A program made the translations under genes and the position numbers. Below the pieces are notes generated by a model. The model made no database searches, was not told the DNA's origin, and was given only the letters and a program-made list of their open reading frames with translations. DNA of 64,000 nt from Candidatus Falkowbacteria bacterium (lineage in GTDB: Bacteria; Patescibacteriota; Patescibacteriia; UBA11705; JABHMO01), in the NCBI GenBank assembly GCA_016214755.1, contig JACRNX010000031.1, positions 18,020 through 82,019 on the forward strand. Direction: 5' to 3'. Positions within the stretch are counted from its first letter, which is position 1. Each line of letters begins with the position of its first letter. Shown here piece by piece: positions 1 to 6,903 of this stretch.

Positions 1-589
1 CTGATTTTTGAATTTGCTTAATTAAACGTTTTGTAAAATGCAAACTGGCTGTTGGCGCCGCGGAAGAACCAGTAAATTTAGCGAAGACACTCTGATATTG
101 TCTTTTTAGTTTTATCTGTTTTTCCCTTGATAGGATATATGGGGGTAAGGGCACAAGACCAATTTTGTCTAAAATTGAATAAAAAGACAACTGTTTGCCG
201 TTAAATCGCAATAACCATGTTTTTGCTGACAACTTTCTTATCAGCATTGCTTCCAATTCCCTCTTAAAACGCAATTTTAGGCCTGATTTAGGGTTCCTGC
301 ATTTGAGTAAACTCTCCCAATTATTATCCTCGAATTTACGCAATAAGAGGATTTCCGCTTTACCGCCGCTTTCTTTTTGTCCAAGTAAACGCGCGGGAAA
401 TACTTTGCTGTTATTAAAAACCAGAACATCGTTCGGCGTCAGATATTTAGTCAGATGAAAGAATTTATCGTGGATAATTTTATTACTTTTTTTATCGAAA
501 ATCATCAGCCGCGAATGATCGCGCGGTTTGGTGGGCGTTTGGGCGATTGATGATTTTAACAGAGCGTAGTCAAAAAGGGATAATTTCAT
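1..589 (-). CDS. queA: S-adenosylmethionine:tRNA ribosyltransferase-isomerase QueA, 5' part (runs off the left edge; not in the ORF track)
   Basis: Manual translation from ATG at 589: MKLSLFDYALLKSSIAQTPTKPRDHSRLM...DVLVFNNSKVFPARL...GKAEILLL...VPLPPYI...YQSVFAKFTGSSAAPTASLHFT. These are the QueA signature motifs. Confidence 0.93.
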   Translation of the reverse strand, partial: MKLSLFDYALLKSSIAQTPTKPRDHSRLMIFDKKSNKIIHDKFFHLTKYLTPNDVLVFNNSKVFPARLLGQKESGGKAEILLLRKFEDNNWESLLKCRNPKSGLKLRFKRELEAMLIRKLSAKTWLLRFNGKQLSFYSILDKIGLVPLPPYILSREKQIKLKRQYQSVFAKFTGSSAAPTASLHFTKRLIKQIQKS

Positions 590-602
590 AATTTGTCTAA
601 AC

Positions 603-630
603 GTAGGGACAGGGCATTGCCCTGTCCTAT
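603..630 (+). repeat. REP-like palindrome with a GTAG head
   Basis: GTAGGGACAGGGCATTGCCCTGTCCTAT has 10-bp arms GGACAGGGCA (607-616) and TGCCCTGTCC (618-627), begins with GTAG, and lies in the intergenic gap upstream of queA. Confidence 0.6.
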
Positions 631-635
631 TGTTA

Positions 636-1082
636 TTACAATTCGTTAATTGTCTTTATGATATTTTTCGCTGACAGACGATCATCGTATTTTTTTCCGA
701 CATAAGAATAAAGTAATTTTTGCCGTTTGTCTATCATGAAAATTGAAGGTTTGGCAACGATTTTATTTTTATATTTGGTCTTTATGTTAAAGTATTTAAT
801 CAGCTCCATTTTTTCGTCCGCGATAACGGGAAAATTTAATTTTAAAAAACTCTTCAACAGGCTAGACTTTAGTTTATCGTCATTTGACACGGCCATAACG
901 CAAAAACTCGCTGTTTGAATTTTTTTTAAATAGCGCTGAACGTCAGCTAATTGTTTTTTGCAATGCTGGCACCAGGCGCCGCGGAAAAAAATCAACAGGA
1001 GATTTTTATTTTTTTGAAAATCTGTCAGCTTGAATTTTTCTCCGTTATTATTTTCAAGAATAAAATTTTTAATTGCTTTCAT
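636..1082 (-). CDS. AhpC/TSA-like redoxin (peroxiredoxin-like, CxxC)
   Basis: Motifs FFRGAWCQHC, AVSND, FPVIAD and PSIFMID. Start moved to ATG 1082, one nt after the stop of the upstream small ORF. Confidence 0.8.
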   Translation of the reverse strand: MKAIKNFILENNNGEKFKLTDFQKNKNLLLIFFRGAWCQHCKKQLADVQRYLKKIQTASFCVMAVSNDDKLKSSLLKSFLKLNFPVIADEKMELIKYFNIKTKYKNKIVAKPSIFMIDKRQKLLYSYVGKKYDDRLSAKNIIKTINEL

Positions 1083-1083
1083 A

Positions 1084-1242
1084 TCAACAGCATTTATCCC
1101 AGTTAATAATGGTGCCAAGTTTTTCTATCTTCTCTTCGTATAATTTAACGCATTTTTCAGAACAAAAATGCACCTCGTATTTTTCAACTAATTCAATGTT
1201 GGTTATCTTTTGTTCACAGATTATGCATTTTTTTATTTTCAT
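1084..1242 (-). CDS. 52-aa Cys-rich TRASH/YHS-like metal-binding protein (below the ORF-track cutoff)
   Basis: Manual translation: MKIKKCIICEQKITNIELVEKYEVHFCSEKCVKLYEEKIEKLGTIINWDKCC*. It has CxxC...FCSxxC, is coupled to the redoxin start, and has a promoter upstream. Confidence 0.75.
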   Translation of the reverse strand: MKIKKCIICEQKITNIELVEKYEVHFCSEKCVKLYEEKIEKLGTIINWDKCC

Positions 1243-1360
1243 AAGATTCAGGATTAAAGTTATAATACAAGATGTACAGATTTATACTGATTTACGGATG
1301 AGGGCGAGAAGATAAGGGATATACTAATATAAAAATAAAAATTTAAATTCGTTTGTGTTT

Positions 1361-1388
1361 ATTATAGCAGATTTGATGGAATTTTCAA
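1361..1388 (-). promoter_or_regulatory. sigma70-type promoter with extended -10 for the small Cys protein / redoxin / queA unit
   Basis: Minus strand TTGAAA (1388-1383), 16-nt spacer, TATAAT, with TGn extension (TGCTATAAT, 1369-1361). Confidence 0.6.
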
Positions 1389-1395
1389 GCATAAC

Positions 1396-1426
1396 AAAAG
1401 AGTCCCGTTTCCGCGGGACTCTTTTT
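1396..1426. terminator. intrinsic terminator (probably bidirectional) downstream of the surface-protein gene
   Basis: AAAAGAGTCCCG-tttccg-CGGGACTCTTTT is a 12-bp stem with A/T tracts on both sides, about 12 nt past the stop at 1438. Confidence 0.8.
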
Positions 1427-1437
1427 ATCTTTTTCAA

Positions 1438-2580
1438 CTATTTCTTGACTCCTGAATACGCGATTGCTCTCACGATCGCCCATTGATTCGAAGTACTTGG
1501 GTTCTTGCCATAGGTGGCTTTGAATTTGGATATGCCTGCTTTTTCTTTCGTTAAGTCTCTACTTACCGCTCTCAACTTATAAGCAATATAAGCGACACCA
1601 AGTTCATCTGCCGCGTTCTTCAGATTCGCCGATCTCTTAAAGACCTTAGTGAAGTCTTTAAGCGCGGCTGCTTCAGCTTTCGCGGATTTTTCAGCCGGCT
1701 TCTTACTGGACAAGATAGAATTCAATGTTGTCCAATCTTTTTCTGTCTTTGGCACGCCGCCATAAATTTCTTTATAATCCGCTAACACGCCTTTTCTATC
1801 ATTTACCGACAGCTTTCCAGACGCGCTTGTTCCATAGGCCACAAAATGTACTACTTTCCATCCATCACTGCTTGGCAGTGATTGAGTCAATTTCATGTAA
1901 GTTGTTAGGCCTTCTTTTTCTTTCGATACGTCTTTTACTGCTGGCGCGACTGGCACAACTTGTGCCGGAGCAACCGTAGTCGTAGTTGTCGTCGTCGTGG
2001 TCGTCGTGGTCGTCGTGGTTGCCGTCGGAGTTGTCGCCGGCGACGTTGTTGATGTGCCGCCGCCACTGCCGCCCGTGCCGCCGCCGCTTGATGACGCGAT
2101 TGTGAACGTCGCGTTGCTTGGCGTTGGCGTGTAACCTTCGCCGCCTAATGTTCGAACAGATACTGTCGCTGTCGCCGCCGCTGAGCCAGTAGTATAAGCG
2201 TATGTCCACGTTGTTCCACTACCACTCATATATGTAAAGTCGAGCGCGGTAGTAGACCCTTCAACAACTTTTAATTCTGGTGTTGCCGCTGGCGCTGAAC
2301 CGAATGTGGCAGTAATCGTCATGGCGGTAGATGGCGTAACTGAACAGCTTGACGTACAACTGCTATACATTAGCGCGACCGTCGGGCTTGCTTCTGTCCA
2401 ATAGCCGTATCCGTAGCCATATGCGCCGGTTGAATCATAACCATAACCATAACCATCGTTTTGTGTCGCGTACGCTGTTATGTCTGATAGCAAGACAGTT
2501 GATAATACTAAAATTAGGACAAATAATAGTTTGCTTAATTTTTGATTATCTCGTAAAAACAATTTAATCATTTTTTTCAT
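1438..2580 (-). CDS. secreted cell-surface (S-layer-like) protein: signal/TM, GYGYG motifs, Ig-like domain, Gly/Thr-rich linker, repeated C-terminal helical domain
   Basis: N-terminal hydrophobic segment, GYGYGY twice, a Ser/Thr-rich beta domain and a 15-Thr run. The C-terminal units (EKEGL..Y....P.SDGW; DYKEIYGGVPKTEKDW; EKAGISKFKATYGKNPSTSNQWAIVRAIAYSG) resemble a domain I recall from Parcubacteria surface proteins. Confidence 0.75.
   Translation of the reverse strand: MKKMIKLFLRDNQKLSKLLFVLILVLSTVLLSDITAYATQNDGYGYGYDSTGAYGYGYGYWTEASPTVALMYSSCTSSCSVTPSTAMTITATFGSAPAATPELKVVEGSTTALDFTYMSGSGTTWTYAYTTGSAAATATVSVRTLGGEGYTPTPSNATFTIASSSGGGTGGSGGGTSTTSPATTPTATTTTTTTTTTTTTTTVAPAQVVPVAPAVKDVSKEKEGLTTYMKLTQSLPSSDGWKVVHFVAYGTSASGKLSVNDRKGVLADYKEIYGGVPKTEKDWTTLNSILSSKKPAEKSAKAEAAALKDFTKVFKRSANLKNAADELGVAYIAYKLRAVSRDLTKEKAGISKFKATYGKNPSTSNQWAIVRAIAYSGVKK
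1975..2019 (-). repeat. low-complexity poly-Thr coding tract containing (GTCGTCGTG)x3
   Basis: 15 consecutive ACN codons. The 9-bp unit is repeated three times at 1991-2017. Confidence 0.85.
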
Positions 2581-2726
2581 CTTAATATTCCTTTCACGAT
2601 ATTTCCCAACTTTATACCAGCCGACCTTTGTTTAACTGGTTATGATTTTATGAACTAATCTATTTTCTTAAGAATTTGGCCCAAACAGATTAATTCATTA
2701 CAGTTGGTTTAATTATTTATGTTTTA

Positions 2727-2735
2727 ATTATAGCA
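2727..2735 (-). promoter_or_regulatory. extended -10 promoter element (TGCTATAAT) upstream of the surface-protein gene
   Basis: Exact TGnTATAAT on the minus strand, about 145 nt upstream of ATG 2580. The same 9-mer occurs at 1361-1369. Confidence 0.55.
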
Positions 2736-2773
2736 CAATTTTTTGTTTCGCGCTCCTGCGTTAACCATTCGCC

Positions 2774-2782
2774 TGTGGATAA
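2774..2782. promoter_or_regulatory. single consensus DnaA-box-like 9-mer
   Basis: TGTGGATAA (reverse complement TTATCCACA) lies just upstream of the putative promoter. Only one perfect copy was noticed here. Confidence 0.3.
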
Positions 2783-2802
2783 AGTTAAAATTAAATTTTT
2801 AG

Positions 2803-2841
2803 AACTTAAAAATCGTTATATGCAATAACGATTTTTAAGTT
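2803..2841. terminator. 17-bp perfect inverted repeat ending the glycan operon (terminator or operator)
   Basis: AACTTAAAAATCGTTAT-atgca-ATAACGATTTTTAAGTT, about 23 nt downstream of the wzz-like stop. Confidence 0.65.
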
Positions 2842-2864
2842 ATTCGACAAAATTCACTCGTCAA

Positions 2865-3851
2865 TCAGGCGTTTTTCAGTTTATGTTTGTATTTTTGGAA
2901 ATATTCAACGGCAAAAGCAGTTAAAAGTCCAAGAATGACGGCTAAACTAAAAGCGGCGATTACATTTCTTCGGCGGTTCGGCGCGATTTTCGCTTTCGGA
3001 GCGATTGGCGCGATTTCTATTTTTGTCTGATTTGTTTCATATTGCTTTTCAAATTCTTTTTGCTGCAACGCTTGATCATTGAGCGAAAGGGCCAGGTTTA
3101 ATTTTGAAATCTCAAATAAAATGCCTTCTTTTTCGGTTTTTAAGGAGGCGACTAGATTAATGTAGCTCTCCACTATTCGGCCCTGCGCTTCTGATTGGGC
3201 GTTGTCTTTTTCTTGAATTTTTGTTTCGTATTTAATAATATCTTTTTCAATTCGTTTTATCACCTCGTTAAGAGCTTTAATGTCAGCTAATGTTTTTTCC
3301 CTGTCTTCCTTTATTAAAATTATTTCGGTTTCAAAAGTTTTTTTGGCGGTGGAAAACAGCTTATCGTGCCGGTCAAAAAGGATTCCGATTATGGCGTTAG
3401 TGTTCTTAACGGCGATTTCCGGCGTCTTGCCTCGGCCTTTTATCATAAGGAAATCCGCGCCTTTGTCTTTTTCAATAGTAAAAAAATTCTTTGCCGTCGA
3501 GTAATCAGATCCTTCCAGCAGTGAGAGCGCCGACGCGATCTGTTTTAAGTATTCATCGCTGTTAAATATTGAAGTAATTTCATTAAAGGTCTCAATAGGT
3601 TTGTTTTTATAGCGTCCAATATAAATTAACGCCCGAGCTTCATAAGTCGAGGGCAGAAGCAGATTAAAAATTATCGCGGCAACCGTGATGATTAGGACGA
3701 TAGAGCCAATAATTATTTTTCTTTTGAGAATTATTTTAATGTAATCCATCAAAATTATGTTATCACTCTCTACCTTTTCTTGATTTTTGATTATTAGCTT
3801 GTCCGCTTCCGGCGACAGCGCTGGTTGATTTGATTCATTTAGGTTTTCCAT
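2865..3851 (-). CDS. wzz: Wzz-like polysaccharide chain-length determinant / co-polymerase
   Basis: N-terminal DYIKIILKRK followed by a TM and PSTYEARALI, a central coiled coil, and a C-terminal Pro-rich segment (PIAPKAKIAPNRRRN) before a second TM. Confidence 0.8.
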   Translation of the reverse strand: MENLNESNQPALSPEADKLIIKNQEKVESDNIILMDYIKIILKRKIIIGSIVLIITVAAIIFNLLLPSTYEARALIYIGRYKNKPIETFNEITSIFNSDEYLKQIASALSLLEGSDYSTAKNFFTIEKDKGADFLMIKGRGKTPEIAVKNTNAIIGILFDRHDKLFSTAKKTFETEIILIKEDREKTLADIKALNEVIKRIEKDIIKYETKIQEKDNAQSEAQGRIVESYINLVASLKTEKEGILFEISKLNLALSLNDQALQQKEFEKQYETNQTKIEIAPIAPKAKIAPNRRRNVIAAFSLAVILGLLTAFAVEYFQKYKHKLKNA

Positions 3852-3859
3852 AAGCCGTT

Positions 3860-4591
3860 TTAATTAAATAATTTAATTTTATAATAAATAATTCCAATAT
3901 ATTCATGAATGGCAATGGCTGATATTTCAAGATTTTCTGCCGACGGAATTAAATCTAAGACGTTGAATCCGCTTTTTGTTTTATAATCAGAGACCGCGGC
4001 TATTGGTTGAGTATTGAAAGCTCGAAAGGCCATCATCGCTCGGGGCATGTGATAAGCAGAGGTTAACAAAAAAAACGGGTTTTGTCCAATCGCTGGCGCC
4101 AGGTTCCGCGCGCTCTCAAAAGTATTCCTTGATTGTTCGTCCAGTTGAATATACTCAGGTTCTATGCCCACCATTTTAAGCCAGTCGCAGAACTCCGTCA
4201 ATTCATCGTTTTCAGTATCGAACGGGCTTACTCCTGAAATAATGATTTGCACTGTTTGATTGTTTTTTTTATAAAAATTATATAAGCTTAATAATTTTTC
4301 CGCTCGCAATAAATCATTCTCATAGCCGCCGGTCAGAAAGACAATAGTTATTTTATCCTGACTAATATTTTCCTCGCTGATTGGTGGATAATATTTTTCC
4401 AAGGGTGAGATGATGGCCATGGCTATAGGCGTCGTGCTGAACAGATAATATAAAATGGCAACGATTATCAACAAGATTTTTCCTCGCCCGCGCGTTTTTT
4501 CCTTAAAGTTAAGAATTATCGCAATTATCAGGAAAACAAATATAAAAACAATCGGATTCAAAATTTGTTGGATGAGTTTTATGGCCGTCAT
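3860..4591 (-). CDS. YdcF/ElyC (DUF218) family membrane protein
   Basis: Motifs IVFLTGG, IIISG, EQSRNTFESA, LLTSAYHMPRA and HEYIG, plus N-terminal TMs. Confidence 0.88.
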   Translation of the reverse strand: MTAIKLIQQILNPIVFIFVFLIIAIILNFKEKTRGRGKILLIIVAILYYLFSTTPIAMAIISPLEKYYPPISEENISQDKITIVFLTGGYENDLLRAEKLLSLYNFYKKNNQTVQIIISGVSPFDTENDELTEFCDWLKMVGIEPEYIQLDEQSRNTFESARNLAPAIGQNPFFLLTSAYHMPRAMMAFRAFNTQPIAAVSDYKTKSGFNVLDLIPSAENLEISAIAIHEYIGIIYYKIKLFN

Positions 4592-6459
4592 TTTATCATG
4601 CTTAAGTTTGCGTTTGGTATGATTTCCTGAATCAGCTGGATTATCTTATTTTTTTCATTGGCCTCGGCCGCGTTTTTTAATTCGAAAAGTTGTCTCATGA
4701 ACATGTCATCGCCGACTGATTCAAATTTAGAAATGTAAATGCGGTTGTGTTTTGTCGGGCATTCTTCTTTAGTTAAAATTTCTTCAAATAATTTTTCGCC
4801 CGGCCGAATACCGGTAAAAACAATAGGAATGTCAATGTCTGGCTGGTATCCGGCGAGGCGAATCATCTCTTTCGCCAAATCAACAATTTTTATCGGCTCT
4901 CCCATATCCAAAACGAAAATTTCTCCGCCCTCGCCGAGAGCGCTGGCTTGCATTACCAAAAGGCAGGCCTCTTCGGTTACCATGAAGTATCTTTTCATTT
5001 CAGGATGGGTGATTTCAACAGGACCGCCCTTTTTTATTTGATTTTTAAAAATTCCAACGACATTGCCTTGGCTGTCAAGGACATTGCCGAATCGAACGGC
5101 GCAAAATTTCGTTATCCCCTTTTTATCAAGCGAAGTACAAACCATTTCCGCTACTCTTTTACTCGCGCCCATCATTGAAGTCGGATTAATCGCTTTATCG
5201 GTTGATATAAAAACAAATTTTTCCACATTGCTCTTTATCGCCTCCTCGGCCAAAATTAACGTACCAAAAATATTATTCTTTACCGCCTCATCCGGATGAT
5301 CTTCCATCAAGGGAACGTGCTTGTAAGCGGCCGCGTGAAAAACCACCTGCGGTTTATATTGATTTAAAATTGACGCCACTTTATTTCTGTCACCAATATC
5401 GCCGACGATAAATTTTTTATTGATATCCGGATATTGGGTTTTTAGTTCTGTCCAAAGATAAAAGCTTCCGGTTTCGTTATTATCAAGTGAAATTATAAAG
5501 TTTGGTTTAAATTTTAATAATTGCCGATAAAGATGCGAACCAATGGAGCCGGCGCCACCGGTGATAAGGACGTTCTTTCCTTTAATGAAATTATTTATCA
5601 TTTCAGTGTCAATTTCAACTTTGTCGCGGCCTAACAAATCATCAATTTGTATGTCGCGCAAATTGCTAAGCGTGACTTTATCATTCAGCAACTCGTCCGT
5701 GCCGGGAAGGATTTTTATGCTTTTTATTCCCGCTTCGCGCGCGATTTCAACCGCTCGGCAGATAATTTCTTTCGGCGCGGAAGGAGCGGCGATGATAAAT
5801 TCGTTAATGTTATATTTTTGATTGATTTTCGGCACTAAAGATAAATTTCCGATGACTTTTATCCCATGAATCAAAACCCCGCGTTTCATCGGGTTATCGT
5901 CAATTAGCCCGATTAGCTGATGACTGTTATGGCTTAACATGTAGCGAACAAGCTGCTCGCCGGCTTCGCCGGCGCCGAAAATAAGCGCTTTGTTTTTATC
6001 GCCGTTAAGCGGAACATGCTTCAATCCATGAATGTAAATTCTTTTGGCAAAACGCAAGCCACTAAGCATGATCAACGCCAGCAAACCGCTGATAAAAATA
6101 ATTGACCTTGGAAAACCGATGAACGTTTGATAATCTCGCAAAAGAAAAAGCGCGGCGCCAATTATCAGAAATCCAAGTGTTACCGCCCGCAATAAACGCA
6201 ATAATTCCTTCACGCTGACAAACGACCATGATATGTAATACAACCGCTCTCGCCATAGCAGAAAAATTATTATCGGAGCGGATAATAAAATAAAATATCC
6301 AATCATCGGATAATATTTTGGGATTATCTTGCCGTCAAAACGCAAAATAAAACCAAACAAGCAAGAAGCTGATATTATAAAAAAATCAGCTAACAAGAAA
6401 AACGCGGTTCTCTTCGCGGTTGTTCTTTGAAAAAGCCATTTCAGTGCCTTTTTTAACAT
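4588..6459 (-). CDS. membrane-bound UDP-GlcNAc 4,6-dehydratase (PglF/CapD/WbpM family)
   Basis: Four N-terminal TMs, IFGAGEAG, ITGGAGSIGS, HAAAYKHVPLME, ISTDKAINPTSMMGASK, RFGNVLDS and GIRPGEKLFEE. Confidence 0.93.
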   Translation of the reverse strand: MLKKALKWLFQRTTAKRTAFFLLADFFIISASCLFGFILRFDGKIIPKYYPMIGYFILLSAPIIIFLLWRERLYYISWSFVSVKELLRLLRAVTLGFLIIGAALFLLRDYQTFIGFPRSIIFISGLLALIMLSGLRFAKRIYIHGLKHVPLNGDKNKALIFGAGEAGEQLVRYMLSHNSHQLIGLIDDNPMKRGVLIHGIKVIGNLSLVPKINQKYNINEFIIAAPSAPKEIICRAVEIAREAGIKSIKILPGTDELLNDKVTLSNLRDIQIDDLLGRDKVEIDTEMINNFIKGKNVLITGGAGSIGSHLYRQLLKFKPNFIISLDNNETGSFYLWTELKTQYPDINKKFIVGDIGDRNKVASILNQYKPQVVFHAAAYKHVPLMEDHPDEAVKNNIFGTLILAEEAIKSNVEKFVFISTDKAINPTSMMGASKRVAEMVCTSLDKKGITKFCAVRFGNVLDSQGNVVGIFKNQIKKGGPVEITHPEMKRYFMVTEEACLLVMQASALGEGGEIFVLDMGEPIKIVDLAKEMIRLAGYQPDIDIPIVFTGIRPGEKLFEEILTKEECPTKHNRIYISKFESVGDDMFMRQLFELKNAAEANEKNKIIQLIQEIIPNANLSMIK

Positions 6460-6480
6460 AATGAAATGAATCTGTATAAA

Positions 6481-6903
6481 TTAATTGCTTTTTATCTTGA
6501 GTTTATAACTAAAAATATTTCCAATTATCGTTAAAATATTGATAATAGCAATGATTATAATTACTCTAGTAGCGCTTAGCTCTATTTTGAGGAAACGAAG
6601 AATAACCAAAGAAAGGACAACAACGCAAATTGACAGAAAAAGGCTAAATATTTGCCGCTCCATCGAATCAAGAGAGGTTATTTTGAAATCAGATTGGCCA
6701 TCACGAGCGAAAGAACGCGTCTCCGGAAAAAACATGAAACTGACGTTCAGTCCTGGAAAATATAAAGTAAAAAAGCCGCCGATGGCAATCGTTAAGGCGA
6801 CGACAAAATCGTACCAAGCCATAAGAAATATGACCATTGTTATGATAGATAATAAAATTATTATTATTTGACTTTGAAATTTATGCCAATCCAATTTTAT
6901 CAT
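6481..6903 (-). CDS. DUF1616-like small membrane protein
   Basis: LYFPG...FFP...LDSMERQIFSLFLS matches the DUF1616 pattern as I recall it, with about four TMs. The ATG at 6903 forms an ATGA overlap with the upstream stop. Confidence 0.6.
   Translation of the reverse strand: MIKLDWHKFQSQIIIILLSIITMVIFLMAWYDFVVALTIAIGGFFTLYFPGLNVSFMFFPETRSFARDGQSDFKITSLDSMERQIFSLFLSICVVVLSLVILRFLKIELSATRVIIIIAIINILTIIGNIFSYKLKIKSN

Noticed and set aside
195-458. 87-aa plus-strand ORF
   Set aside because: It is antisense to queA, which the ORF track missed because it runs off the window edge.
1069-1092. Possible selenocysteine read-through (Cys-Cys-TGA) in the small Cys-rich ORF
   Set aside because: Read-through would add only a few residues overlapping the redoxin start, and no SECIS-like hairpin is evident. 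TGA-N-ATG is ordinary translational coupling.
2774-2782. Replication origin
   Set aside because: Only one perfect DnaA box, with no cluster and no dnaA nearby.
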